From a bacterium (GTDB lineage Bacteria > Hydrothermota > UBA3072 > JAPDKE01), in the NCBI GenBank assembly GCA_029258725.1, contig JAPDKE010000006.1, positions 199-64,198 on the forward strand: a stretch of 64,000 nucleotides of DNA. Reading direction: 5' to 3'. Shown in pieces: positions 51,279-59,906 of this stretch (positions within the stretch are counted from its first letter, which is position 1; the number at the start of each line of letters is the position of its first letter). A program made the position numbers and the translations under genes. The notes below the pieces were generated by a model. That model did no database searches. It was not told where the DNA came from and saw only the letters and a program-made list of their open reading frames with translations.

Positions 51279-52275
51279 CCTCCTGTTCTTGGTTAAGGTT
51301 TCCAGGATACAGAGGCTTCACATCCTCTTCCATTATATCCTTAATTTCCTTATCAACACCCTCTCCATATATTGATAAGGTGGTTGAGGATGGAATCTCT
51401 TTAGGAAGTTCTCCCTTCCGTTCTTCCATAAGAATATTTAGTGCATTATCGAGTGCCTCTTTCCAATTTTTAACCGTTCTTACCTGTATCCTCTTACCGC
51501 ATAACATACGAAGTTGCTGAAGATCCTGTGTTATATCTTCGTTTTTATCTAAGGCATCAAATAACCTTTTCACAACATTTACAAGTTGATCTGAAACCGC
51601 TGAAGGCGAAAAGATGCATTCCAACAAAACCCTAATGGCATCATTAATACTCCAGTGGATTAAGTCCTTAAGTTTGTTTTTCACACGCCGGGTTAGTGAG
51701 TAGATTGATGATGGTTTATCTTTATAAAATATTTTTCGAATCACATCATGTATTTGATGGATATATGTCTTTTGTACAGAAAGATATAACCCAATATCTT
51801 CCATTTTTGTATTTATATAGGCTCCAATCATTCTATCTTTCAGAAATCTATCAAGTACTGCAAGTGGATCGGGATACTCGATTCTTCGAGACAGATTGCC
51901 CTCGTCTATCTCCTTTCGGGTAGGCTCTGGCGTGCGCGGTGGAATTGAAAACTCTTCTAAATGATTTGCAATGTATTTATAAAGTTTTATTGACCCCGTC
52001 TCTACCATACGATTTAAAATTAAATATACCGCAAGTTGTACTTCAGGTGTCTTTTCAATCAAATTTTTATCATTGTCATTATAAGGAGGGCCTGATAAAA
52101 ACTGAAGTGTATTCTTTCTAAACGCCAGATTTCCTAATCTCCCATTATGACCTTTAAACATCTTCAGCCATGGCATACTTATTTCCATTTCCTCCACATA
52201 ATAGCTTAATCCTTCCAAAAGCATCCTATCTCTTTCGTTCATTTTACACCTCCCATTGTAATTAAACTCTAACAT
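51250..52275 (-). CDS. Hypothetical protein, possibly a divergent ECF-sigma-like/HTH protein
   Basis: RBS-supported ORF. KPSSIYSLTRRVKNKLKDLI weakly resembles sigma region 4.2. The CDS is credible but the function is weakly supported. Confidence 0.5.
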   Translation of the reverse strand: MLEFNYNGRCKMNERDRMLLEGLSYYVEEMEISMPWLKMFKGHNGRLGNLAFRKNTLQFLSGPPYNDNDKNLIEKTPEVQLAVYLILNRMVETGSIKLYKYIANHLEEFSIPPRTPEPTRKEIDEGNLSRRIEYPDPLAVLDRFLKDRMIGAYINTKMEDIGLYLSVQKTYIHQIHDVIRKIFYKDKPSSIYSLTRRVKNKLKDLIHWSINDAIRVLLECIFSPSAVSDQLVNVVKRLFDALDKNEDITQDLQQLRMLCGKRIQVRTVKNWKEALDNALNILMEERKGELPKEIPSSTTLSIYGEGVDKEIKDIMEEDVKPLYPGNLNQEQEDGDEEESYI

Positions 52276-52290
52276 ATTTCTCCTCTCCTG

Positions 52291-53046
52291 TCAAGGTCTT
52301 TTTATCCCTTTGTATATTTCTACTCTGTCTGGATAAAGTTCGCCTTCCATAAATTCATATGCGTCAAGCGATGTGCCCTCTTTTTCTGCAAAGGAGATAC
52401 ACGCGTTATAAACCAGGTATTTGGGAATCAAAATATATGCCTCATCGGCCTCAATACTGTAATTTCTTAACTCTTTCAGAACCTCGGGGGTAGTAATGTC
52501 TATTTTCACGAAGAACCCAATGGGATTTTCCATCTTCCAGGTTCTCGGATTAATATCAACTCTTTCTCCTTTGACAGTATACACCCTCAGATAGTAGTTC
52601 CGGGACTGTCTTAAAACCTCTAAAGGATTGCTCCAGTGGAGATATACACTTGGAAGCCCACCTCCACCCCCTGTTCCATGTAAACTGCTCACCGGCCCAT
52701 TGGTAAATGCCTGAGTGGGGGGTGAACCTGACTTTACTGGTGGATTATTTGCTGCCTTTTTCTTTATCTCCGATTTTGTTTTGGGCTTTCCTCCTGGCTT
52801 TGTCTTTTCTGCACTTTTCGCCATCTTCTTCTTTTCTTTTCCCCTTTTTTTCTTTGCTGACTTTTCATCTTTCGGGTTTTTCTTCTTATACCTCTCTTTC
52901 ACATTTTTTTTCTTATTCTCTTCTTTCTCAATCCTGCTAATCTCTACAGGAAGACTGATTCTTTTGGTTAAAATCACCGAGGCAAAAAAGGGGAGATAAA
53001 GAAGGAGTCCTAATGCAAATCCCTTCCCCAGTACTTTCCACTTCAT
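52291..53046 (-). CDS. Single-TM protein with Lys/Pro-rich linker and C-terminal globular domain (TonB/TolA-like architecture)
   Basis: Start 53046 after GGAGG; TM segment, K/E-rich then P/G-rich linker, then a ~100 aa domain. Confidence 0.6.
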   Translation of the reverse strand: MKWKVLGKGFALGLLLYLPFFASVILTKRISLPVEISRIEKEENKKKNVKERYKKKNPKDEKSAKKKRGKEKKKMAKSAEKTKPGGKPKTKSEIKKKAANNPPVKSGSPPTQAFTNGPVSSLHGTGGGGGLPSVYLHWSNPLEVLRQSRNYYLRVYTVKGERVDINPRTWKMENPIGFFVKIDITTPEVLKELRNYSIEADEAYILIPKYLVYNACISFAEKEGTSLDAYEFMEGELYPDRVEIYKGIKRP

Positions 53047-53063
53047 TTTTACCTCCCTTCCAT

Positions 53064-53095
53064 TAAAAGAGGGGAGGGGGACATCCCTCCCCTCT
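53064..53095 (-). terminator. Intrinsic terminator-like hairpin inside the operon
   Basis: AGAGGGGAGGG-N6-CCCTCCCCTCT perfect 11 bp stem, followed by a short T-run on the minus strand. Confidence 0.65.
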
Positions 53096-53107
53096 GCTGG
53101 ATTAAAA

Positions 53108-53872
53108 TTAAAATGGATAGAACGGATCCTCGCCCTCTGTTCCATCAGGTGGAAGTTCCTCCTCCTCTTCCTTACCCATTCCTTCCTCAAGTATCGCCAC
53201 TGTGGTGAGGACAGCTTCGTCTTCATGCTGCTCAGCAAGCCTTTCATAATAACATGCCCATGCATACGCTATCATGCTCTTCACCATTCCTCTCTGATAC
53301 ATTTCAAGTAAGTGCTTCTCCCAGCCATCTCTTGAGCCTCCTCTGTTCTTCCCAAGCCAGTTTTTGATCCTGCTCACAACCGAATTTTCGGTTGCCTTTG
53401 TGATTTGCACTACAAATTCAGGTTTTATGTGTTTCAGAATCTCTCGTTTGCGGTTATCCTCATCTTCAAACTCACGGATTATCTTCCTAAGAGCTTTTTC
53501 ATATGCACTTCCATAGCGGCCTTTCACTCCGTTAAGCCATTTTTCTCTGGCCTGTTTTGCTTTTTTTCTTAAGAGTTCTGCCTCTTCTGCCTTGAGCCTT
53601 GCAAGTTCTCGATATCCGTTGGCTGCATTTTCATGTGCCTGCCTTTTGAGTTCCATTTTACTCTGCGGGTCGGAGGTTTTATTATATGCTTCTCGCAGTG
53701 ACTGAGCGGTTGCCTTATGCTCTTCAAAGACGTGCTTCTGACGTTCCTCATTTTCGTATAACCTCCTGTCGATTTCCGCCCACTCCTCCATCAACTCCCT
53801 AACTACGCTTTTACCGCTTGTAGCAGATGGGAGAATCCACAAAATACTGAGAAGAAAAAGTGCGTGGGTCAT
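53108..53872 (-). CDS. Secreted coiled-coil hypothetical protein
   Basis: Signal peptide, long charged helical segments and an acidic C-terminal tail. Confidence 0.7.
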   Translation of the reverse strand: MTHALFLLSILWILPSATSGKSVVRELMEEWAEIDRRLYENEERQKHVFEEHKATAQSLREAYNKTSDPQSKMELKRQAHENAANGYRELARLKAEEAELLRKKAKQAREKWLNGVKGRYGSAYEKALRKIIREFEDEDNRKREILKHIKPEFVVQITKATENSVVSRIKNWLGKNRGGSRDGWEKHLLEMYQRGMVKSMIAYAWACYYERLAEQHEDEAVLTTVAILEEGMGKEEEEELPPDGTEGEDPFYPF

Positions 53873-54549
53873 CTTACACCTCCGTTATGGGTTGGTGGAG
53901 TTGTAAAAAGAAAGGTGGTCTCCAGGGTCTGGGAGACACAGAAGATGTGATAAAGAAAAGAGCCCGGAGAAAATTTAACGCAAGAAGGAAGTCTGGATAC
54001 CTCCTGGTAATTTGCCTCCATCAACCTCAAAAGGAAAACGGCATCATTATACTTGAAAGTCCATTCCTCAATCTCATCACTGTGGGAAACCTCAAGAAGA
54101 TAACCGAAATCATAATCTCCTGATGGAACACTGGATATCTTTCTCATTGCCTTCTCCCATAAGGATGGGCGATTCAAAAGAAGCCCAAGGTTTGCCTGAA
54201 GAACTAAGATGCAATCAGCATCCGGAATATAGCGTCTTGCAATATCAAAGTCCTGGTATGCTCTCTGTATCAGGTTGTGGTCGTAGCATCTGTTCACAGC
54301 GGAAAGGATAAGGAGGCGGGCACGCTCAGCGTAAAGAAGCCCCTGAAGGGAGGGAGAGTAAGAGTGAACAGTGTCATCAAGAATACGGGTAAGGCATTCA
54401 ATTCCCTGCCCTCTTTCCTCGCACCTCAGGATCTGGTGAATAAGTCGGTCTCGGTCGGATGCATCTATTCTTGAGGGATGGGTGACATCCATTGTGGTGG
54501 CACAGCCGGTGAGGAGAAAGACACCAATGAGAAAAAGTTTCTTCCTCAT
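53869..54549 (-). CDS. Lipoprotein with TPR-like helices
   Basis: LTGC lipobox and LYAERARL...AYQDFDIA (TPR-like). Confidence 0.7.
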   Translation of the reverse strand: MRKKLFLIGVFLLTGCATTMDVTHPSRIDASDRDRLIHQILRCEERGQGIECLTRILDDTVHSYSPSLQGLLYAERARLLILSAVNRCYDHNLIQRAYQDFDIARRYIPDADCILVLQANLGLLLNRPSLWEKAMRKISSVPSGDYDFGYLLEVSHSDEIEEWTFKYNDAVFLLRLMEANYQEVSRLPSCVKFSPGSFLYHIFCVSQTLETTFLFTTPPTHNGGVR

Positions 54550-54573
54550 AAGCACCTCCTTTTTATTCTTTAT

Positions 54574-55497
54574 TTAAGGCAAAAACTTTCTGGTTTCCCT
54601 TTTCCTCACCCATACAACTATCTTTTTCTCAAAGTACCGCTGCTGCCCCACCCATGGGCTCCAGGACGGAAAGCAGTAGAAGAAGTAAGAGGGACGCAGT
54701 TGACCTATGTTTCCTCGCACATAAAGGGCCACCGAATCGGTGTTAACAGGGCGTAAGACACACTTGAGAATTCCAGTCTGGAGATACAACCATTTCTCAG
54801 TCCAGATCTCAATCACAAGATAGCGGGATGTTACCTGTATTCCATCCTTCCCCCAGAGCCTTGAGCCTGGTGGATATATCTTCACCTTACCATAAAGATT
54901 TGTGGATGTATCAACCACCACGACATTATTCGTGAGAACGGTCACTGTGAGATTTCCACATGTCATCGATGTAGTATTCTTGAGCGAAAGAACGACACAG
55001 AAGGGCTCTCCAGGTGAAAGTGTTTCAGGCGAAACAGAAACAATGAGAGAGGTGTGAAGGTGTTTTTCAATGAGAATTGCCGCTCTCCGTTTGGCCAATT
55101 TCACTCTTTCAAGGTATCTCAGAGCGCTGCTGTCTCTGGGGTTGGAGAAACCTGCATACAGGAGAAGGGCCTTCTTCTCATTTCCATTACATACCTCAAG
55201 ACACCACTTAAGATGTTGAATCCCTATTGAGATATTTGTCTCCGGGTCAAAAAGCTTTTGCAGATTGTAAATTCCATAGTGCCTCGCGGTTCGTGGTGAT
55301 ATCTGCATCACTCCCCTGCATCCCTTCGAAGAGACTGCATATGGTTTAAACTCAGATTCAGCCCAGGCAACCCCAATAGCAAGGGATAAGTCCACGTGAT
55401 GCTTTTTACATTCCCTCACGAAAATGTGGAAAAACGGGATTTCAACAAAGTCTGGTTGAAGAGCGGGAGGAAGATAAAAACAAAGAAATACAATCAT
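54574..55497 (-). CDS. Lytic transglycosylase (SLT domain) with a C-terminal Ig-like domain
   Basis: AESEF...AVSSKGCRGVMQI, DPETNI.IG..L and ALLLYAG; start 55497 after GGAGG. Confidence 0.88.
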   Translation of the reverse strand: MIVFLCFYLPPALQPDFVEIPFFHIFVRECKKHHVDLSLAIGVAWAESEFKPYAVSSKGCRGVMQISPRTARHYGIYNLQKLFDPETNISIGIQHLKWCLEVCNGNEKKALLLYAGFSNPRDSSALRYLERVKLAKRRAAILIEKHLHTSLIVSVSPETLSPGEPFCVVLSLKNTTSMTCGNLTVTVLTNNVVVVDTSTNLYGKVKIYPPGSRLWGKDGIQVTSRYLVIEIWTEKWLYLQTGILKCVLRPVNTDSVALYVRGNIGQLRPSYFFYCFPSWSPWVGQQRYFEKKIVVWVRKRETRKFLP

Positions 55498-55499
55498 TC

Positions 55500-55847
55500 T
55501 CACCTCCCAGTTGACATAACCGGGATACCTCCATATCGCTTGATGTTCATAAGAAAGGCGGCATAATCCTCCAGGGCAACGCCCTTCTCCCATTCAACAA
55601 GCACACGCTTGTTCTTCACCAGTTTCTTGAGTTCCTTTTCCTCTATAACCTTTCCTTTCATCTTTACCGTACCATCTGCACAAAGAAGAAGAGTGGTTGA
55701 AGACTTTCCACTGGATGCACCATATTTTGAAACATTAAACTCTATTTTCTCTCCCATCACCATTCCGATCATCAGGATAAAAGCGGTCATTACGGTAAAT
55801 AGGGGCGCCACGAAAAGGTCAAATGGGAAGGGAGGCTTGACTTTCAT
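55500..55847 (-). CDS. ExbD/TolR-like protein (atypical)
   Basis: N-terminal TM, L..DGTV..G..I...EL, then VLVEWEKGV..Y...M..IK..G (ExbD-like periplasmic domain). Confidence 0.7.
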   Translation of the reverse strand: MKVKPPFPFDLFVAPLFTVMTAFILMIGMVMGEKIEFNVSKYGASSGKSSTTLLLCADGTVKMKGKVIEEKELKKLVKNKRVLVEWEKGVALEDYAAFLMNIKRYGGIPVMSTGR

Positions 55848-56233
55848 GTCTTCTCCTCCTGCTGTGTATTGGTGAGGATTTTGAGGTCAAGAATCACATC
55901 CTCTATATAAGAGAATACGGTGAAAATTATTCCAACCACGGACGAGTACATCGCATGCTGGGTGCCTCTGAAGAGGTTGTAAAGCATGCCGTTGAGGTCT
56001 AATCCGCTCATTGCCTTAAAGCCCTCACAGATTCCCAGGAAGGTTCCAAGGGCTCCAAGAGGGATATAGGAGACAGCCATGGCGTAGATAAGAGAAGAAA
56101 GGAAACCGTCGGATTTACCTCTGCGAATAAACTCATAGATGGCAACCTGATGAATGCCGAGAAAGATACAGAAGACAGGAAGCGTTGGCCCGATTGCTAG
56201 GTGTATGATTTTGAGAATAAATAGAATACGCAT
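55844..56233 (-). CDS. Short MotA/TolQ/ExbB proton-channel family protein
   Basis: PLGALGTFLGI..F and G...AMYSSVVGI match the family TM2/TM3 motifs. Confidence 0.75.
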   Translation of the reverse strand: MRILFILKIIHLAIGPTLPVFCIFLGIHQVAIYEFIRRGKSDGFLSSLIYAMAVSYIPLGALGTFLGICEGFKAMSGLDLNGMLYNLFRGTQHAMYSSVVGIIFTVFSYIEDVILDLKILTNTQQEEKT

Positions 56234-56235
56234 GA

Positions 56236-57666
56236 TCACCTCCTTTGGATTCCGTAGTATTTAATAGGGAAAAAAGTTGCGTAAACCCTTTCATAAAGCA
56301 CCTGAAAAAGAAGGCGTAAAGGGTAGTTTCTCTGGAATGTGACAATCCACTCATCGCCATATTTTTTGTAAGGAGAGGCAAGGACCGGTATGCACCTTAC
56401 ACCTGTCTTCTTTATTCTGAGCCATGTATCAAAGGAAGGATAGAGAAGGATATAGGTATTTCCAGGTTCAATTTTATCTTTATAGGTAATCCATCTCAGC
56501 CCCATATCCTCCAGAATCTTTCCCTGATATGGATTCTTCACCACCACAACCGTGTTTTTCATATCGAGAGGATACCGGAGACAAATTCTTACACCCCTTC
56601 TCAGTGTTTCTCTTTTAAAATCCCCTGCATACGCAGTATCCACCTTTATAAGCCCATTTCTTATCTTGCACTTTATAATCCTCAAAACCGCCTCATCCAC
56701 ATTTTTTCTGAATCTTGAGTCAGTCTCGTAGCAGGAGGTAAGATAGTGAATAAGTTCGCCAGGGTCCACTTTTACACCGTATCTTGATATTAAAATCACA
56801 TCCATTCCAGCAAGAATTGCCATCCGCACCACCCTGTGCATGGGATATCTCACAGCATGCATACACATATCGTCCGTTATAAGAACAACCTCATCTCCTG
56901 CAAATTCTCTCAATATCTTTACCGCCCAGGGAGAAAGAGTTGCAGGAAGCGTGTCAAAATCCATTATCTCCAGATGCCCCACCATCACCATATCAACCCC
57001 GAGAAGCACGGCAAGTTTAAATGCCTCAAGTTCTCCTTTCTCAGGAATTATTACAGGAAGAGTTCTGTGTGAGTCCTTGGAGGAACTGCCATGTCCGGGC
57101 CAGTGCTTTACACACGCCATAACTCCCGCAGAGTGAAGCCCCTGAATAAAAGCAACCATATGAGGAACCACCCGTGAATATCTATCGCCAAAGGAGCGGG
57201 TTCCGATTATAGGATTTTTCGGATTTACATTGATGTCCCCAAGAGGAGCGAGAACGAGATTGAATCCCAGTTTCTTAACGAGTTTACCGGTGAGATAACC
57301 CGCATACTCTGTTATATCCCTCTTGTTAATCTCCCCAAGCATTGCAGGAGCAGGGAGTGGGGGATACTGGTAAACGGGCGCCACATCCCCACCTTCCTCG
57401 TCAATCGCGATAAAAAGAGGGATAGGGGACAGTGTATGGAGATAATTGAGTGTCTCAGGTACCATATACCTCCGGTTTTTCTTGAAAAGAATTATACCTC
57501 CTATGGGAAATTCACCGATTTCCTTTTTCAGTTGAGCAAGAGAATCAAAACCAAGAAGAAGCATCTGGGCAATTTTATCCTCGGGTAACATTCCGGATAC
57601 AATCTCCCTTGCTTTTCTATCAACCACATATGGATTTAAGAGGACAGAAAAAAGAATGTAAGCCAT
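56236..57666 (-). CDS. nagZ: GH3 beta-N-acetylhexosaminidase (NagZ-like)
   Basis: IAIDEEGG, NP.IGTRSFG, KHWPGHG, DSH dyad and ITDDM nucleophile. Confidence 0.88.
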   Translation of the reverse strand: MAYILFSVLLNPYVVDRKAREIVSGMLPEDKIAQMLLLGFDSLAQLKKEIGEFPIGGIILFKKNRRYMVPETLNYLHTLSPIPLFIAIDEEGGDVAPVYQYPPLPAPAMLGEINKRDITEYAGYLTGKLVKKLGFNLVLAPLGDINVNPKNPIIGTRSFGDRYSRVVPHMVAFIQGLHSAGVMACVKHWPGHGSSSKDSHRTLPVIIPEKGELEAFKLAVLLGVDMVMVGHLEIMDFDTLPATLSPWAVKILREFAGDEVVLITDDMCMHAVRYPMHRVVRMAILAGMDVILISRYGVKVDPGELIHYLTSCYETDSRFRKNVDEAVLRIIKCKIRNGLIKVDTAYAGDFKRETLRRGVRICLRYPLDMKNTVVVVKNPYQGKILEDMGLRWITYKDKIEPGNTYILLYPSFDTWLRIKKTGVRCIPVLASPYKKYGDEWIVTFQRNYPLRLLFQVLYERVYATFFPIKYYGIQRR

Positions 57667-57801
57667 AACCTCCTCCTTTTTTAAAGAAATATAGGGAGAA
57701 ATTTTTTATTGATATTTCATTTCCAATTTGTAAAAATGAAAAAAGAAAGAAAGAGATATGATGCGAAGAAAAATTGTTAGCAGTAGAAAAGGAGGTATAA
57801 A

Positions 57802-59091
57802 ATGCTCCTTGAAAACTATCGTGTAGCAAAAACTTTCTGGAAAATAGCGAAGGGTATAAGAGAAAAAGACATAAGAAAATCTATCCTCTTCTTCCAGGCC
57901 GGAAAGAGAATCATTACATGCCCTCGCCCATTTCAGGAAGAGGATAAATCCCTTTTAAGGCTGGAAAATGGGATTCTTAACCGGGCATATCAGTTCCTTA
58001 ACGGAACAATCCCGGAAAAATACAGGAAGTACATAGTAGATAAGAATGGATATCCTATGTGGTGTGATAATGACAAAATTTCTCCACTTCTTCAACAGGC
58101 AATAGAAGAGGGTGTGCCTGAGTTGACTGGGCTTGTCTATCCTTTTGCTTCAAGAATCAAAGAAGAACTGCTTCATGCTGAGGAGATTGAAAGGGTAAAA
58201 ATCAATGGCATTAACAAGGAAATTACTGGAAAAATCGTGTTTTTATGTCAGGTAAAGAGAAGGCCATGTATCCAAGAAATCAAGGGAATGGTAGTTGAGA
58301 AAAAATGCAACACACGGTGGATAGGAAGAATCCGGGGAATAGAAATCCCCTGTGAGATTGTATTTCTCTCCCCAGAGGAATGGGGGGAGACCGAAGATAG
58401 TTTTTCTCTCCAAGGAGACTTGCATGTTCATTCTACCTGGTCTGATGGGTTTAATTCTCTGGAGGAAATAAAATTACATGCCAGGAAGCTCGGGCTGAAA
58501 TACGTTGCAATTACTGACCATTTGGGAAGAAAAAAGGATGAAGATGATACAGCTTTGGAGGAAAAAAAGAAACGTCTTCTGGAACGTAATCGTGTTATTG
58601 AGAAACTTAATAAAGAGGGAGAAGTAAAACTTTTAAAAGGTGTGGAAGTGGATATCGACCTTGATGGGCATCTTGTTTGTGAAGATGAGGCGTTTTTCAA
58701 AGAATTTGATATCATAGTTGCGGGGATTCATTTTAAGGTATCAGAGAACAGGATTGGACGGATAGTGAAAGCAATGGAATATCCATTTGTGCATGGAATT
58801 GCACACCCTGTAAATCGAGACCTCTTCTTCAATCATGTGGGAATCACATTTAATGAGGTTGAGAAAATCTTTAAGGCGGCTGTTCAGCGCAACAAATGGG
58901 TTGAGATTAATTGTGATTTTAACCGGTTTGAACCCCCGCTGGAATATATCCGGATGGGAAAAAGAATGGGAGTAAAATTTTATCTTGGAACAGATTCCCA
59001 TAGTTTATGGATGATGGGTTTGGTATTCCCGGCACTGGCATGGCTTCGCAGTGTCCTTTCCCCTACCGATTTGGTGAATAACTCCATATAA
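57802..59091 (+). CDS. PHP-domain protein derived from PolX, with a degenerate polymerase part
   Basis: GDLHVHSTWSDG, ITDH, GVEVD, IAHP, EIN and GTDSH. The N-terminus resembles the PolX N-domain, but the DxD is not recognisable. Confidence 0.8.
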   Translation: MLLENYRVAKTFWKIAKGIREKDIRKSILFFQAGKRIITCPRPFQEEDKSLLRLENGILNRAYQFLNGTIPEKYRKYIVDKNGYPMWCDNDKISPLLQQAIEEGVPELTGLVYPFASRIKEELLHAEEIERVKINGINKEITGKIVFLCQVKRRPCIQEIKGMVVEKKCNTRWIGRIRGIEIPCEIVFLSPEEWGETEDSFSLQGDLHVHSTWSDGFNSLEEIKLHARKLGLKYVAITDHLGRKKDEDDTALEEKKKRLLERNRVIEKLNKEGEVKLLKGVEVDIDLDGHLVCEDEAFFKEFDIIVAGIHFKVSENRIGRIVKAMEYPFVHGIAHPVNRDLFFNHVGITFNEVEKIFKAAVQRNKWVEINCDFNRFEPPLEYIRMGKRMGVKFYLGTDSHSLWMMGLVFPALAWLRSVLSPTDLVNNSI

Positions 59092-59354
59092 AGATTGTTA
59101 TGATATTTTGCTCCTTATCAAAAGGCCTGATTATTTTACATTCAGTGTTCTGGGAGATAAAAGTCCTGGAGAGATCATCCAGTAGCTACCTATCTCCTTG
59201 AAATCCCTTTCTCTCCACCTATAATCCTGGACGATGTCATTGAAGAAATGAGAAAAACTGGAATGTGAGGAAATCGGTCAACCTCCTGTTGAGTAGATGC
59301 TTGACATCTTGTTCTCGTTCTGTAAGAATAAATAGGGAAAAAAAGGAGGAAAGG

Positions 59355-59906
59355 ATGAAAAAGAGATTGTCTCTTACCGTGAAGAAAGTTTTAAATACGG
59401 TTTCTCTTCTTACTCAGGAAAACATAAAAGCAAATCGGGAGATTATCCATGAAATTGTGTATCTTTCCCTTCCTTCCCATGCGCGAAAAAAATATTACAC
59501 AGCAGGCCTGGAAGGTCCTTACAGTGAAGATGTTGACCTTCTAATCCAGGGTCTTCTTTATAAAAAATCGCTCCGATATGAGAATGGATTTAAGGCCGAG
59601 ACAAATGGTACTCCTGATAGAAGAGAGAAAGTAACCGTTGAGTTTTTGAAAAAGCATCATCTCCTTCAGCATGACAAACTCGCAGAATTCTCCCGGGTTT
59701 TCATGTTTTTTGATGAACTAAAAGACAAAAAAGAGGAGGAACTGGTAAACTATATTAAAAAAAGAAGCAAATTTCTTGGATGGACAGACCTTTCCAGGAA
59801 GACCAAAAATGTGATTTTGAGATATCTCAAATACGCTCGCGAACTGGAGAAGGAGTTAAAGGGTGCATCTTCTGGAAGGATGGGAAATAGAGACTCTTCC
59901 AGTTAG
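59355..59906 (+). CDS. Winged-helix-like protein with GPYS motif (YwgA/SocA-Panacea-like)
   Basis: AGGAGG-supported ATG at 59355; IHEIVYL...YY...GPYSEDV...L; overlaps the HD gene. Confidence 0.55.
   Translation: MKKRLSLTVKKVLNTVSLLTQENIKANREIIHEIVYLSLPSHARKKYYTAGLEGPYSEDVDLLIQGLLYKKSLRYENGFKAETNGTPDRREKVTVEFLKKHHLLQHDKLAEFSRVFMFFDELKDKKEEELVNYIKKRSKFLGWTDLSRKTKNVILRYLKYARELEKELKGASSGRMGNRDSSS

Noticed and set aside
55500-56233. Zorya (ZorAB) assignment
   Set aside because: The MotA-like protein has no long ZorA tail, the partner has no OmpA-like domain, and ZorC/D/E are absent.
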